A stretch of 29,220 nucleotides of DNA from an uncultured Verrucomicrobiota bacterium (lineage in GTDB: Bacteria; Verrucomicrobiota; Kiritimatiellia; RFP12; UBA1067), in NCBI GenBank assembly GCA_945947925.1, contig CAMEZU010000001.1, positions 1 through 29,220 on the forward strand. The letters run 5' to 3'. This document shows, piece by piece, positions 27,866-29,220 of this stretch. The notes below the pieces were generated by a model, which saw only the letters and a program-made list of their open reading frames with translations, was not told the DNA's origin and did no database searches. Positions within the stretch are counted from its first letter, which is position 1. The number at the start of each line of letters is the position of its first letter. Made by a program: the position numbers and the translations under genes.

Positions 27866-28894
27866 ATGAGAAAAGCATGGAGCATTTTGCCGGAAGAGTG
27901 GAAACCGATCCTGACGGAGCGGGGCCTGAGGGCCTTTCGCGCCGACCAGATCCTGCAGTCCCTCTACCGTGACTACATCACCGACTGGGACCAGGCGACG
28001 ACCCTGCCGAAGGACTTCCGCGAGTCCCTCAAGACCGAGTTTCCGATCACGAAGGCCGAGACGCTCGACGTCTCCACATCCTCGGACGGCACGCAGAAGC
28101 TCCTCATCGGCTTCGAGGACGGCAACGCCGTCGAGACCGTGCTCATCCCCGCGACGGGACGCTTCACCCAGTGCATCTCCACGCAGGTCGGCTGTCCGAT
28201 GGGCTGCGCCTTCTGCGCAAGCGGCTCGCGCGGCGTCGTCCGCTCGCTCACCGCCGACGAGATCGTCGCCGAGTACATGGCCGGACGCCGCCTCGGCGAA
28301 ATCACCAACATCGTCGTCATGGGCATGGGCGAGCCCTTCATGAACTACGACGAGACGATGCGGGCGCTCAAGCTCATCAACGCCGGCAAGGGACCGAACC
28401 TCGGCGCCCGGCACATCACGCTCTCGACCTGCGGCGTTGTCCCCGGCTTCGCCAAGCTCGCCGCCGAAGGCATCCAGTTCGAGCTCTCCGTCTCCCTCCA
28501 CGCCCCGAACGACACGCTCCGCAACGAGCTCATGCCCGTCAACAAGCGCTGGCCGATCGACGAGCTCCTCACGGCGTGCGCGGACTACACGACGAAGACG
28601 AAGCGCATCATCACCTTCGAGTACACTGTCATCAAGGGCGTCAACGACTCCCGCGCCTGCGCCGAGGAACTCGCGCGCCAGGTCCGCCGCGTCCCGATGG
28701 CCAAGGTGAACCTCATTCCCCTTTCGCCCGTCTCGCACCGTCCCGACTTCAAGACGCCGGACGACCAGACGCTCCTCATGTTCCTCGACGTCCTCATGAA
28801 GAACCGCGTCCAGACCATGCTCCGCCGCAGCCGCGGCAAGGACGCGAACGCCGCCTGCGGACAGCTCCGGCTCAGGCATCTGGAGGGGAATTGA
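27866..28894 (+). CDS. rlmN: 23S rRNA A2503 / tRNA A37 C2-methyltransferase (radical SAM)
   Basis: VETVLI, CISTQVGCPMGCAFC (CxxxCxxC), VVMGMGEPF, ITLSTCG, SLHAPND, ITFEY, VNLIP, AACGQL. Confidence 0.95.
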   Translation: MRKAWSILPEEWKPILTERGLRAFRADQILQSLYRDYITDWDQATTLPKDFRESLKTEFPITKAETLDVSTSSDGTQKLLIGFEDGNAVETVLIPATGRFTQCISTQVGCPMGCAFCASGSRGVVRSLTADEIVAEYMAGRRLGEITNIVVMGMGEPFMNYDETMRALKLINAGKGPNLGARHITLSTCGVVPGFAKLAAEGIQFELSVSLHAPNDTLRNELMPVNKRWPIDELLTACADYTTKTKRIITFEYTVIKGVNDSRACAEELARQVRRVPMAKVNLIPLSPVSHRPDFKTPDDQTLLMFLDVLMKNRVQTMLRRSRGKDANAACGQLRLRHLEGN

Positions 28895-28900
28895 TCCGCC

Positions 28901-29220
28901 ATGATCAAGTCCGGGATTACGCGTGAGGAAATTGTTAGGTGGGGTGGAGCCGATGTCTTCAACCAGGCCCTCGCCATCGTCAACTCGGGGGACGTGAAGA
29001 GCGTCCGCTATGATGACGACACCGTCACCATCAGCGGCAAGATCGAACGTCCCGACGGCTGGGAGATGCCCGTCTCGTTCGTCCTCAAGGAACAGGGCCG
29101 CATCGAGTCGCACTGTCCCTGCTACCAGAACCAGAAGCTCGGCCAGGTCTGTCCCCACGTCGTCGCCCTCGCCATCGCCCAGATGGTCCTCGAAGCCGAT
29201 GACGAGCCGGAGGAGAGGAC
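28901..29220 (+). CDS. N-terminus of a SWIM zinc-finger protein (probably a SWIM-SNF2 helicase); partial
   Basis: MIKSGITREEIVRWGG...SHCPCYQNQKLGQVCPHVVALAI has the CxC-xn-CxH SWIM motif. Open to the window edge; the SNF2 part is inferred, not seen. Confidence 0.75.
   Translation, partial: MIKSGITREEIVRWGGADVFNQALAIVNSGDVKSVRYDDDTVTISGKIERPDGWEMPVSFVLKEQGRIESHCPCYQNQKLGQVCPHVVALAIAQMVLEADDEPEER

Noticed and set aside
27794-29158. Apparent 455-aa N-terminal extension fusing TatD into a 711-aa protein
   Set aside because: The extension is the antisense frame of rlmN and the SWIM gene; TatD has its own -10 and ATG at 27793.

Overview
High-GC bacterial window. By inference it comes from a PVC-group anaerobe such as Kiritimatiellae: XylR-type regulators, GH50 paralogs, no SusC/D. 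Bases 1-19038 hold an almost entirely minus-strand cluster of seven signal-peptide-bearing carbohydrate proteins with no transporter: a 1474-aa PA14/ConA-like/GH50 fusion, a beta-helix/PKD protein, GH50, GH2, GH3, a GH36-like enzyme and a LacZ-type GH2 running off the left edge. A truncated wHTH gene relic interrupts it. Next come a divergent XylR-like AraC regulator coupled to a MATE gene, kdgK-uxaC with a second divergent XylR-like regulator, and housekeeping genes: rnpB, a C4 zinc-ribbon protein, tRNA-His/Thr/Val, tatD, rlmN and the start of a SWIM-finger gene. Strongest observations: (i) a 16-bp tandem motif with 23-bp period lying exactly 19 nt from the predicted -10 box at two promoters (candidate operator); (ii) a G-F-x-I-x-I motif that ends one secreted protein and sits internally at the fusion junction of another (candidate sorting signal); (iii) in-frame palindromic or low-complexity inserts in several genes; (iv) an RNase P RNA lacking P18, with an extra GNRA hairpin and a perfect 19-bp flanking stem; (v) a tRNA-Val with an A54/U58 swapped T-loop.
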